A DNA stretch of 32,000 nt from Wallemia ichthyophaga EXF-994 (taxonomy: Eukaryota > Fungi > Basidiomycota), in the NCBI RefSeq assembly GCF_000400465.1, contig NW_008806286.1, positions 23,865-55,864 on the forward strand. Direction: 5' to 3'. Positions 21,023-31,780 of this stretch are shown here, in pieces. The notes under the pieces are model-generated. The model was not told the DNA's origin. It saw nothing but the letters and a program-made list of their open reading frames with translations, and ran no database searches. Position 1 is the first letter of the stretch. Every line of letters begins with the position of its first letter. The position numbers and the translations under genes were made by a program.

Positions 21023-22149
21023 ATGAATTTCATTACTTGTGAGCGCAGTGTGTAGCCCCCGAAACCCAACTCACTCCACAGCTCCCTCACAAACGACTCC
21101 AAAGAGACTTAATCCGCTCAGGCTACACACCTCACTCCCAACGCTCTCTCCTACCGAACAGGGCAAGCGTATAGCTGCATATGCCGCTGTGGATGCCAAC
21201 GTCAGCTTGGATTCGAGGGTGTGTTCTGTGCTACCCGCGAGAGTGCACCTACTAACAGCTCCCACTCAGGTAATAGGCATAGGCTCTGGCAGCACTGTCC
21301 CGTATGTCATAGAGAGGATCGTCCAGCAAGGAGAAGCCAACGTGCAGCGGGTGTTTATTCCAACCGGTAAGTGGCTGTGCTGGGCTTAACACAGTATTAC
21401 AACAAGACACACGCAGGCTTCCAATCGAAACAACTTATCGTGCAAAACGACCTCGTTCTCGGCGACGTCGACCAATACCCCGCGATAGACGTGACACTCG
21501 ACGGTGCCGATGAGGTGGACGGCAACCTCAACGCTTTGAAGGGCGGCGGTGCTTGTCACCTGCGGGAGAAGGTACTGGCGGAGGCCGCCAATATGTGGGA
21601 TTGCACGCACACACACACACACTCACACTCACACTCACACACTCTCAGCTTCGTCATCGTCGCCGACGAGCGCAAGAACAGCAAACTGCTCGGAACGACT
21701 TGGACGCAAGGTGTGCCTATCGAAGTAGCCCCGTTCGCGTATGCGAAAGTGCTGCAGAATGTGCAAAAACTAGGCGCTATGCGGCCCACTCTGCGGATGG
21801 GGGTGAGAAAGGCAGGACCCGTGGTAACTGATAATGGTGGGCTCAGCTTAGCGTAGTGGTTTCTGACGCTGACACACTCCACTCCCAGCAAACTTTGTCA
21901 TAGATGCGCCGTTCAGCGAGAGCTACTACCGCGATCCCAAGGAACTGCTTATGCGGATCAAGATGCTGACAGGTGTGGTGGAAGTGGGGTTGTTTTGCGG
22001 GGTGAGTTGAAGCGCATCGTCGTGCTCTTTGGTCTGACTCGCATACTTGATAGATGGCTAAAGCTGCTTACTTCGGCTACTCGAATGGCTCAGTACTCAT
22101 CCGCTCCGCTGATGGCACCGTTTGCGAGCAGGCCAGTACGCGCGAGTGA
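21023..22149 (+). CDS. RKI1: Ribose-5-phosphate isomerase A (multi-exon)
   Basis: VIGIGSGSTV, DVTLDGADEVD, KGGGACHLREK, FVIVADERK, GVPIEV, GPVVTDNG and GVVEVGLFCG motifs. Confidence 0.95.
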
Positions 22150-22415
22150 GTGGTGCTTGGGGCGCTGCTGCATGGTTACGGGGACTATTTGCTTTGTTAT
22201 TCCTATTTATTCATCTTACAACTTAGAGCTTACAATGAAAATTTTACCTCGAGTGTACCTATTTCGATGGAATTGCCACGTGTGGCCTAGTGAGCTCATA
22301 AAGATAACCTTCTTACCCTCAGTTCCGTCAGTTGAGAAGAACGGTGGAATGAAAATTTTGATCATGTGCAAATGACATCATCCTCCAAGTCATCACACAC
22401 ACGTTCTTATCGACC

Positions 22416-23034
22416 ATGACGAGGTGGGTTGGGAGCCGCTGATGCTAGCTTCGCTAGTCTCGCGACGTTGCTGCCATTGGACAAGGATAACACCGCTGCA
22501 GAACCACACACAACGTCTACCCGAGAGCACTTGGTTTGTTGAGCTTGAGCACTGCACCATCCCCTTCTCACAGTTTGCAGAGAAAGACCGCCACGAGAGT
22601 CGCAATGGACTGCAGAACGTTACCAAGAAGCAGGGCGCTGGTCCGCATGCCTGGGTGAGCAGCAGCAGGAGTAGGCGCACGCACTTGCATTCCTGAAACG
22701 CAAAACACAGGGCACCTACGACGAAGAAATCAATCACTATGAGCTGGGCGTGAAAGACACGCTGGTTGGGCTGCGCATGCGCAATCCACACGCTGCAGAG
22801 AACTCAGATACGCGTCACCAACGCCGCACTTCCAATGTCTCAGTTGAAGATCGCGATAATGCAAGAAAGGAGCGTTTGTCGTTGGGTGCGTATGAGTCGA
22901 CTTGTTCACGCCCCCACTTATCCGCTCCAGGTAACGATATCACTGACCTCTCCGCTATCGCTCGTTCATCTGCTGCTGGGAGCGTGAATGCGAATGCGAA
23001 TGGAGACGCTCTTGTCGATGCTCATGTGGAGTGA
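22416..23034 (+). CDS. STF2/TMA10-like (HABP4/PAI-RBP1-type) small protein (5 exons)
   Basis: Spliced MTRTTHNVYPRALEKDRHESRNGLQNVTKKQGAGPHAWGTYDEEINHYELG...DLSAIARSS.... The KxGAGxxxWG motif is typical of this family. Exon 3 needs the downstream acceptor at 22580. Confidence 0.72.
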
Positions 23035-23193
23035 GACTTGAGTGAAATCAAAGTGAAAAACTTGCAAACGAACTTATGAAGAAATGTAAATGTAAATGTA
23101 AATGAATCAAACTTGAATCAAATAAAAAGCAACTAAACATCCCATTTAATATACTGTTTTACTCGATGCTTTGAAAATTCTCTTTTAATCGCA

Positions 23194-24925
23194 TTAGAAA
23201 AGAGGCATGTTAGCAGTGAGGAGACTGTCGAGAACCAGACAGTCACCGTCTATTTCCAACTCAGAAATGGTTTTTACCCCCGCCTCATGACCCTCGCAGC
23301 CGAAACAGGCCATGTCATTGATGTGGAGATGATTGATTGTGTTCCATTGAGACATATTGTATGGATCCTTTGCAAAGCTAGCCCAGTAGCTCTGCATCAC
23401 TGCACTCAAAGCCTTTTCATTTTCAGTAGATGATGCGACCTCGTATGTACCGAACACAAGAGTAATCTCGCTTGTGTGATACGCACCAATATCCTCAATA
23501 CCAATCTGTGGAAGGGATTTCCTTGTGTCTGGGAAAGTCCCGCTGAATTGGTATCTATAGACGGGTGCATCGCTTGGGTAGATATGAGCATGAGCAGTTT
23601 CCATAGCGGGACATTTGAAGACAACCGCGGTGACCAAATCTGAGAGGGTATTAAACAGTGTTTCCGGTGAGACAAGAAGCAGACTGTCCAAGTATGGTTT
23701 GACGAGGCCACTGAGAGTGTCAGGCAATATACCGAAGCTATTGATGGTTTCTGCGAGCATAGTAGTGTTGATATTACCATCTCCATCAATCGAGCTCTGG
23801 ATGTAAGGGCCTACGTAAAGACTGCCTTCTTTCTCATTAGTGCCGATTATAAGGGGAATTTGAGCACCCATGCCTCCCTTGACGGAATCTTGGAGTGGAG
23901 TAGCGCTCTGGGTGATATCGTCGTTGACGGGATAGAAGCTCAGTCCGAGCTGCTGAACGGCCTGTTTGAGCGCTGTAACGTCTTTGTTCTGCATGCACGA
24001 GTATTCGGCAGCTTGGTCGGCATCATTGGCACAACCCACAGATGCGGCTACCTGCGCCCACTTTTCGGCACCGTTGTTGTGTGCCGCGGGCGACAATGTC
24101 GCTTGGCCAGACTGCATGATCGCTGCGCGGATAGGCACAGAAGGTGGGTTGAGCACGAGTCGGTCGACAGCTGCAGCGCCACTGCTCTCGCCCATCAGCG
24201 TAATGCGCTCAGGATCACCACCGAATGACGCGATATGGGCGTGTATCCACTCCAGAGCTAGGCGTTGGTCGTAAAAGCCTACATTCACATCTGCGCGGTC
24301 GAGGGTGGGGGCGTTTGAGAAGCCGAAGACTGTGCAGGACGAGTGAGTGAGTGAGCGCTGTGTATATGCCGTGCCCACCATTCAAGCGGTAGTTGAAGGA
24401 TACCAGGATAACGTCTTGGTTTGCAGCGAAAGAAGTACCGTCCAAGTCGCTGTATATGGATTAGAATCGCCATACTATACTGCACGCTAAACAACCCTAG
24501 ACTCACGCTTTGCCCGCATTTCCAGTCTGTAAGCCACCGCCGTAGATCCACACTAGCACCGCTTTGCCGCCCTGTGATTGGGCGTTTCTAGGGGCGTACA
24601 CATTCGCATACAAACAATCCTCCCCATCTTCCATATCGTTGTCGGGCATGGCTGCGAGACCTGTGTCTGTTTGAATACACTTGTTCTTCCAGTGCGTGGC
24701 ATCTATCTGAGTTTGTTGCGACTGCGACTGAATCGGCGCGGCTTTCTCGAAACGCGCGGTCTGTTGCGCGTACGGAATACCTAAATACTTGTGTACGCTG
24801 TCGTCAGAGCTGCTTGTGCCCACCACAACACCCTGAGGGAGCGTGACGCTTGGCTGCGACGTATTGCTAGTGGGGGATGCTCTAGCAGCTACCAATAGCG
24901 CTGCGAATAAACCGATTAGCTTCAT
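23194..24925 (-). CDS. Secreted type-B carboxylesterase/lipase (3 exons)
   Basis: Signal peptide, YLGIPYA, EDCLYANVY, VWIYGGG oxyanion motif, GESSG nucleophile, GTNEKEG acid and AYHTSEI His of the catalytic triad. Confidence 0.93.
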
Positions 24926-25335
24926 CCTGGTAGCAAGTGTGTAGTTTTAGTTGTAGTTGTAGTTGTAGTACACTCGCACGCTTATTAATTTCGGCTGATT
25001 ACCCCCGCTCCATCGATCAGGAACGTGTCTTAAATGCTTGGTATACTGGTATCGCGCACGTGTGGGCGTTGAGCATTCGGCGTGGCTGTTCACCCTTTTG
25101 AATCCCTCGCTGATTTCACTATCGGGCCTCTTCTGGTTCCTGACTTTCTAGGCAGGAACACATCACGTATCACGCGATTTGGTTTGATAAATGAGTGACA
25201 ATCAATAGACACCCTTAAACGCGTCAAGTGGGCAGCCGACGCGTAAATCTCAGTAGTCAGTAGTCAGCACACGCAGAACACGCTTAATCAACAATCAAAT
25301 CAATTCATTCAATTCATAACTCATTATAACTCCTT

Positions 25336-27580
25336 TCAATTCATCGTCACATAGTTGGCTGGGAACAGTCCGCGTCTGCCATCCTTGCTTAAACCCTCAT
25401 ACCAATCCTCACTGACTGGATCGATGTGGGTGATAGTGTCGCCCTCTGCGAACGTAATCTCGTTATCCTCGCCCGCTTCGTAGTCGTATTCGGCGGTAGC
25501 CGTCTTGCCGTTGTCCTGACGTGTTGGCATTGGTGGAGGAGGTGGGGGTGCTTGAGATGCTTGAGATGCTTGAGAGACTTGAGCAGGTGGAGCAGGTGGA
25601 GCAGGAGGCGCAGGAGGCGCAGGAGGCGCTGCTGGTGCTTCCACTTCCGCCTTGACTCCCACTCCATCCTCAATCAACTCCACATAATTTGCAGGGAACA
25701 GCCCCTCTCTGCCATTGCGAGCTTTGCCACTCCACCAGCCATCGTCAATCTGTTCGATATCGTGTATGACTTCATCCTCCTCGAGATCCATCTCGTTGTC
25801 CTCAGTAGCCTCATACTCGTATACTACCTTTGCCTTGAGGGTATTTTGGGTGGCTGAGCGGGCAGGCATGGGTGGGATTGGCGGGGCAGCTGGTGCTGGT
25901 GCTGGTGCTGGTGGAGCAGCTGCTCTATCCTCCGCTTCCTGCTCATCTTCCATGTTCATCTTGTCCATTTCACTCTGTATCAAGGCCTCTTGCGAGGGTG
26001 ATTGGCCAAGACCCGCGTGAGCTTCGTAGGAGCTCTGAGCAGGTGGAGCTGGGGGAGCTGGGGGAGGAGGTGGTGGTGTTGCTGCTACTGTCTCGGATGG
26101 CATAGGAGGGGCAGGTGGGGCAGGTGGAGGAGGTGGAGGGGCAAATGTCTCTTCCTCTCCCTTCACATCCGCTTCTGGTTCAGGTCGAGATGCCATTGGA
26201 GGAGGAGGAGGAGCAACTGGAGCGCTAATAGCGTCTGGAGCCACAGGAGGACGAGTGGACGTGGGCATTGGTGGGGGTGGAGGTGCGCTATTGTCGTTGA
26301 TATTACTATCATTATTGAATGCATTTGCACTTGCGCTTGCATTCGTCGCCTGGCTCATTGCAGCGTCAGATCTTGCATCTTCCTCTTCAGCCTCCTTGCG
26401 CGCCTGTGCTTGGCGTTCACTCCAAGTGAGCTTCTTGGGAGGGTTTGATGGAGCATTTGAAGAGGGTATCGTACCTACACCGCTTGAGACACCTGCACTC
26501 TCGCTGCTCTGAGCGAATGGAAAGCGATTGCCGAGTTTTTTCGGCGTAGGCAGCTTCACTGGCTCGTACGCAGTGCCTACCTTACCTGGACGCTCGTCTT
26601 GCTCTGTTTTTGCGGGTGCTGCAGTGGGGGTGGGTGGAGCAGGAACAGGAGCAGGTGTAGGAGCAGGAGCCGGGGATGGAGCAGGGACCGGTGTTCCCAC
26701 TGGAGCAGTTTTGGGCACCGACCAATCACCGGCTTTACCGACAATACCGCCGTAAGCACCAGTAGCAGCTGGTTTTGGAGGCTGTGCTGGAGCTGGAGCT
26801 GGAGCTGGTGTTGGAGGTGCGGCAGCTGGGACTGGAGTTGGTATGGATGGCGCAGTCTTTTCTTGCTGTTGCTGTTGCGTCTGTTGTCTCAGATTTGCAA
26901 GTTCGTTTCTAGGTGGGGTATATGCAGTTCCCTGAGGTGTTGTGAGTGATAATTCCAAGTGCGCCATATAGTGAACTCACAACAGGTGCTGGAGCTTCAG
27001 GTTTAGCGTTTGCGCTGTTTGCGCGAATGGCAGCGATATCAGGAGTTCCAATGGGTTGGTAAGCAGTACCAACGGGGGTGGAAGAAGGAGGAGGGTGACT
27101 AGGACCAGCAGAGTCGAATCTGGAGCCAGAAGAGCCAGAAACCTTATCGAGGATGACATCAGGGTCCAAGTCATCTTGAGCTCTAGCGTTAATAGAAACG
27201 TGAGCGCCGGAGAGTAGCTGGGAGAGCTGGTTGAGCTGTATGTGGAAGCTGCCCTTCTTAAACTCTGGCACGGATTCACCGCACCAGTTGATTTGAACCA
27301 ATTTCGGGAGTTTGGTGTTAGGATCGGTGACTCGTACGAAAGCAAATTGGATACGGCCATCGTGAAACTCTTCTTCGATTTCCTCAAGGCCGCCTGCACC
27401 TTCAGATTGTAACTTCAAGCCACCATCCTGTGCAGGACCCAATAAAATCCAATTTGAGCGTGTATTTGGTTGCCTAACTTTATCATAGGCTTCAGAAACT
27501 TCTTGGTGAATAGTCAATGGCCTTGTAAATTTCAAGTTAATTTCTTAATTTTTGCTTCAGATTACTATATCTCACATCAT
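25336..27580 (-). CDS. ABP1: Actin-binding protein 1 / drebrin-like (ADF-H, Pro-rich, two SH3; 3 exons)
   Basis: ADF-H (FHDGRIQFAFVRVTDPNTKLPKLVQINWCGESVP) and two SH3 domains (YEYEATEDNEM...WWSG...GLFPANYV; YDYEAGEDNEI...GLFPANYV). 5-nt first exon ATGAT with GTGAGA donor at 27575. Confidence 0.93.
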
Positions 27581-27605
27581 GGTTGTATAGGTGATAGCGA
27601 CGTCG

Positions 27606-28123
27606 ATGAGTTTATTCAAGGAAAATAGCTGCGAGTGGGGTATTCAACGGGTTTTTTCTGTGGCTGACTTGGATTCACAGCTTTTGGTTTTGGTTTCGGG
27701 GGTTTGGATGTGGATGATTCGAGTACTCATACTCAACACCGGGAGATCATTCCACCTGCTGTACAATTGGATAATCAGCCACAGAGATACACTTCTCATC
27801 ACCCTCACTTCAACTTATCCCACTCTGCCGCTCCCACTGACTCTGGTCCACGCAGGCTTGAGCCAGCGAGCAGCGTCGAAGGCGCACATTACCTTTTACC
27901 CTACTTGAACCTCAAAGAGGGCGATCATCCTACACGTATCAGAGATCCTCATAGCTGGCTCGAATTGAGCGCTGAAAATCGTTTTACTCAAAACGAGGAA
28001 AATTTTCAATCTGAACAACGGTGGGATCAGAATAAGGCAGATCTCACTTTCAACTATAAGAGACGCGCAAGAGAAGCTCAGAAGAGTAAAAGGCGGAGGA
28101 ATAACAATGCTGATGACATGTAA
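27606..28123 (+). CDS. Hypothetical protein (2 exons)
   Basis: ATG 27606, phase-1 intron (GT or GC donor) ending CAG at 27680, then an open frame to WDQNKADLTFNYKRRAREAQKSKRRR.... Start assignment is inferred. Confidence 0.65.
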
Positions 28124-28136
28124 TTTGATATATACA

Positions 28137-28850
28137 TCAAATTGGCTTACACATATTTACAGGATAGGGATGGTAATGTTGATATGTCTCTGGTGAGGAA
28201 TAACTCGAAATGCTGGCACTCCTACTGGTACTCCTGCTAGCACTAGCACTGGCACTGCACGCACTCGCTGAACTAGGTGAACTGAACTTGCTTTTCAGCT
28301 CCAACGACACTGGTTTGCTCGTTTTTCGTATGGATAAACGATCCATTTCTCTATCCATGCTCTGCTGATAAGAGGGTGGATCTCCAAACAAACTTTGAGT
28401 TCTATGTGATGTTAGAAGAGATCTGCAAGCAGTCCACACAACCCACTGAGCCAGTTCGTAGTCGTTGAAATGCACCTGCCAATCGAGCAACCCAAGCAGC
28501 TCTTTCTCCATGGCATTGATCTGAGACAATCCAAAGACTCCATTACAGAGAGATACTATGGAGCTATTACTGAAGCTGTCATCTATGCAAGTCTTGAATG
28601 ATATCATGAATGCGGCTAAAAACAGTCTGTGACCGGCTGCCTCAGACGAGCGACAAGCGTTTGGGTAATTGGATTTCAATCGAACTAAAAGCGCGACAAT
28701 GAGCACCACGAGTTGTGGCGGTAAGCGAGTTTTCTTGAAGGATGCATAAATAAATGTGTGTAGACGATGCAAGCCTCGGAATGGATCATCTTTGATATGA
28801 AACATGGTGTTTATCAGCCAGCTAGCGCGATTAGCGTAGTATTCGAGCAT
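28137..28850 (-). CDS. Pho85-type (Pcl/Clg1-like) cyclin
   Basis: LLVRLKSNYP, GHRLFLAAFMISFKTCIDDSFSN and INAMEKELLGLLDWQV cyclin-box motifs, followed by a Ser-rich tail. Confidence 0.85.
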   Translation of the reverse strand: MLEYYANRASWLINTMFHIKDDPFRGLHRLHTFIYASFKKTRLPPQLVVLIVALLVRLKSNYPNACRSSEAAGHRLFLAAFMISFKTCIDDSFSNSSIVSLCNGVFGLSQINAMEKELLGLLDWQVHFNDYELAQWVVWTACRSLLTSHRTQSLFGDPPSYQQSMDREMDRLSIRKTSKPVSLELKSKFSSPSSASACSASASASRSTSRSASISSYSSPETYQHYHPYPVNMCKPI

Positions 28851-29312
28851 GTCGATGTGTGAGATGGGTGTTGAAGATCATATCAGATTAAAGGATAAAC
28901 TTTAATTTTACTCAGGAACACCTTGCTGTCAGATGGCGTCCTCAATATGAAAATCACACTACGTGCATAATGTGATCTGGGATGGAACAGGGGCTAGTGA
29001 ATGGCTATTGTGCGGATGAATTTTTATAAGCTAAAGACTACAATAAACAAAAAGTAAAATTTTACACATACCGGGTATTAAACGGGCGAACAGGAGTGAA
29101 CTTTGGGAGATATGTGGGAGTACTGAGAGCTGTTCCGCTGGAAAATGCATAAATCAAAACCGTTCTGCCACGTTCCCGTGGATATTCGGCAACTCGTGTA
29201 TAGAGGAAGAGGGGAAAAGAACATATTTAAGAATACAAGGGTATATCAGTTAGAATGTATTATCCACCAATGCAAACCCAAATCCCCCTAAACCCCCTAA
29301 ACCACCTCAATC

Positions 29313-29957
29313 ATGCCAGACTGGTCGAAACTAGCATCCAAAGGGAAGGAATATTCGAATAAAGGGCTGGATAGGGGAAAGAAGGCGTACAATAACTCGC
29401 GCTCAGCGCCCACGGACAAATCAGATCCAATGAGAGGGCCGAGGGAGCCGCCAGCGGAGGAGGTGGCACAAGGACCCACGCCAGCGCAGATGAATCGGCC
29501 TGTGAGTGGGATGCGTGGTGTGTTGTACGTTCTAAAAGTCTACAGGTCAGACAGGATATTGCACCGCCACCATTGCGTGCAGATTCAAGCAGACCTAGCC
29601 CTAGCTCTGGGTATACAGCGCCACCACGTGTGGAATCGCAGGCAAGGCCAATGCAGAGCAGAGGGAGTGCTTATGCAGCGCCTAGAGGGGGAGTGCCCCC
29701 GGCGGCGCCTGCACGTACACCTGCCCGTGGTAGAGCGCCACCGCAGGCGAATCCGCGACTCCCAACGCGTGAAGACCTCCCACAGTACCCAGGGAATCCA
29801 TCCAACATGCTGAGGGAGAACAAGGACCAGCTGTTTGGATTCCTGGATGAATATTTTGGCAGAGACAGCGGGAACGAGCCGGTGAGTAGGCGTCAAGACG
29901 GGGAAGCAGACTAACAATCAAACACAGGCTATCCCAACACACTCCCGACCTACTTGA
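29313..29957 (+). CDS. Proline-rich hypothetical protein (3 exons)
   Basis: Two GTGAGT introns join 29313 (MPDWSKLASKGKEY...) to a Pro/Arg/Ala-rich exon with QLFGFLDEYFG and a short last exon ending TGA 29955-29957. Confidence 0.7.
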
Positions 29958-30003
29958 GTATTTGTACGCTCACTCCAAATTTGATGTCTTCTCCTTAACC
30001 ATC

Positions 30004-31657
30004 ATGACTGCTGCTGTGATTGGATTAAACTTTGGGACTGGATACAGCTCGATTGGCGTTGTCAACAAGGTGGATAGAGCGTGTCGATAACCCTATTCCC
30101 CACTCACTCCCTCCCCAGAAAGGTTTCGCTGATTGCATCGCCAACGAAGACGGTCAGCGCCAAATCGCGTCTGCATTGGCATTCAACGGCGAGGAGGAGT
30201 ACGTCGGCAACCAAGCAAAGCCACAGCTCGTGCGGAACTACAAGAACACCTTCACCGGCTTTAGGAATCTTCTCGGCGAGGAGTTTACAGAGAACATCCC
30301 CCAGCCACTCCTCAGCGCACCCGTCACCAACATCAACGGCATCCCTTCCTACTCCTTCCACGCCCACGGCAAAGATTCCTCCCTCTCCGTCAAAGACGTT
30401 TCCGTGAAGTTTTTACAATCCCTAGCTAAATCCGCCGAGGAGTACATGGGCAAGCCTATTGACGGTGCTGTTATGTCTGTGCCACACTCCTGGTCCCAGC
30501 ACAAACGCAATGCCCTCTCCGAGGCTGCCAAGGCCGCCAACATCCCCCTCCTCGACCTCATCGACGACTGGGCGGCTGGTATGTCAGCGTACAATGAGGT
30601 TCTTGGCGCTGCCGACTCCAATGTGTTAGTTGTCGATATGGGTGAGTACTCCACCGCCGTCACCACCGTCGCCGCCCGCCAAGGTCTTTTCACTCCATTG
30701 TCTCACCTCAGCGACGCCTCCACCGGTGGCCAGCAGCTCGACCACGCGCTCGTCGCACACTTTGCCAAGGAGTTCACCAAGCAGACCAAGATCGCCGTGC
30801 CTACGCAGTTCTCCGCAGACCTCAGCGAGAACGACAGAAGGGCGCTTGTGAAGCTCTCCCTCGCGTGCGAGCAGACTAAGCGCTCGCTCACGGCGTCCAA
30901 CTCGGCCGGCATAGCCATTGAGTCGCTCAAAGACGGTGCTGATCTCAGCTCGCAAGTGAACAGACTGCGTTTCGGAATTCTCGCAAGCAAGACATTCCAC
31001 GCCGTCGGTGCACTTGCGGAGAAGGCAGTGAAAGCGGCGGAGCTGGAGAGTGAGCATATTGACAAGATTGTGCTCATCGGTGGCTCCTCGTCTCTGCCTT
31101 CCCTCACCAATGTCCTCGCTGGCATCTTCCAAAATGCTGAGATTCTCTCGTCGGTCGATCCCGACCAGGCTATCGCTAAGGGCGCTGCTATACAGGCGCA
31201 GCTGCTGGCTGCTAGAGACGTCCCAGACCTGCCCTCAGCCACGACGGAGATGACCGTCAATGTCACACCCCACCCTATTGTGCTTGCTGGAGAGGGCGAC
31301 GAGAACGCTGTCGTCGTCGCTAAAGACACGCCTTTGCCTGCGCGCAGAATTGTCGCCATCAACCCCCCTCATGGTAAGGACAGCGCCGTGCTCGAGCTCT
31401 ACCAAGCCAAGAATGAGATTAAGGTGGTCGCTCCTCCCCCACGCGAGAAGACGGACGATAGCGAGGATGAAGAGGACGACGAGCCTGAGCGCATCCCCGT
31501 CGTCGTGCGCTCTAACAAGATCGCCAGCCTTCAAGTGGCTGTCAAGGGAGACGCCCCTATCATTCTCACCGTCGTCGTCCTCGATAATGCCAGCGTCGAG
31601 ATCAAGGCTGCCCAAGATGGTCAGTCGCCCGTTACGGCCACTGTGCAGGCGCCATAA
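30004..31657 (+). CDS. SSZ1: Ribosome-associated complex atypical Hsp70 (2 exons)
   Basis: VIGLNFGTGYSSI, CIANEDGQRQIAS, NQAKPQLVRN, ACEQTKRSLTAS, IESLKDGADL and DPDQAIAKGAAIQA motifs. Short substrate-binding region without a lid. Confidence 0.93.
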
Positions 31658-31760
31658 GGAGGTTGTAAACAAGGCATAAAGAAGGCGTGAAAGGGCATAA
31701 CGTGTATTGTTTTACTGTTTAGATAAATCTATTTACCTGTCTCGTCTAACGCGCGGATCA

Positions 31761-31780
31761 GTGCACCGTGCACGGTGCAC
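31761..31780. repeat. Perfect 20-bp palindrome
   Basis: GTGCACCGTGCACGGTGCAC equals its own reverse complement and contains three GTGCAC units. Confidence 0.95.

Noticed and set aside
20799-21055. Extended 278-aa VAMP7 ORF
   Set aside because: Results from reading through a canonical GTAAGT intron. The spliced form ends at 20900 with a normal TM tail.
22320-22385. Second box C/D snoRNA candidate on the minus strand (ATGATGT...CTGA...CTGA)
   Set aside because: No rRNA-complementary guide of 9 nt or more next to a D box that I could recognise, no terminal stem and no host intron.
24948-24968. (TAGTTG)n repeat upstream of the esterase as a CRISPR-like or regulatory array
   Set aside because: Simple microsatellite without spacers. 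No CRISPR arrays are present in this eukaryotic window.
29284-29301. (CCCCCTAAA)x2 as an interstitial telomeric repeat
   Set aside because: Only two units, located just before an ATG. Equally explained as STRE-like CCCCT motifs or chance.
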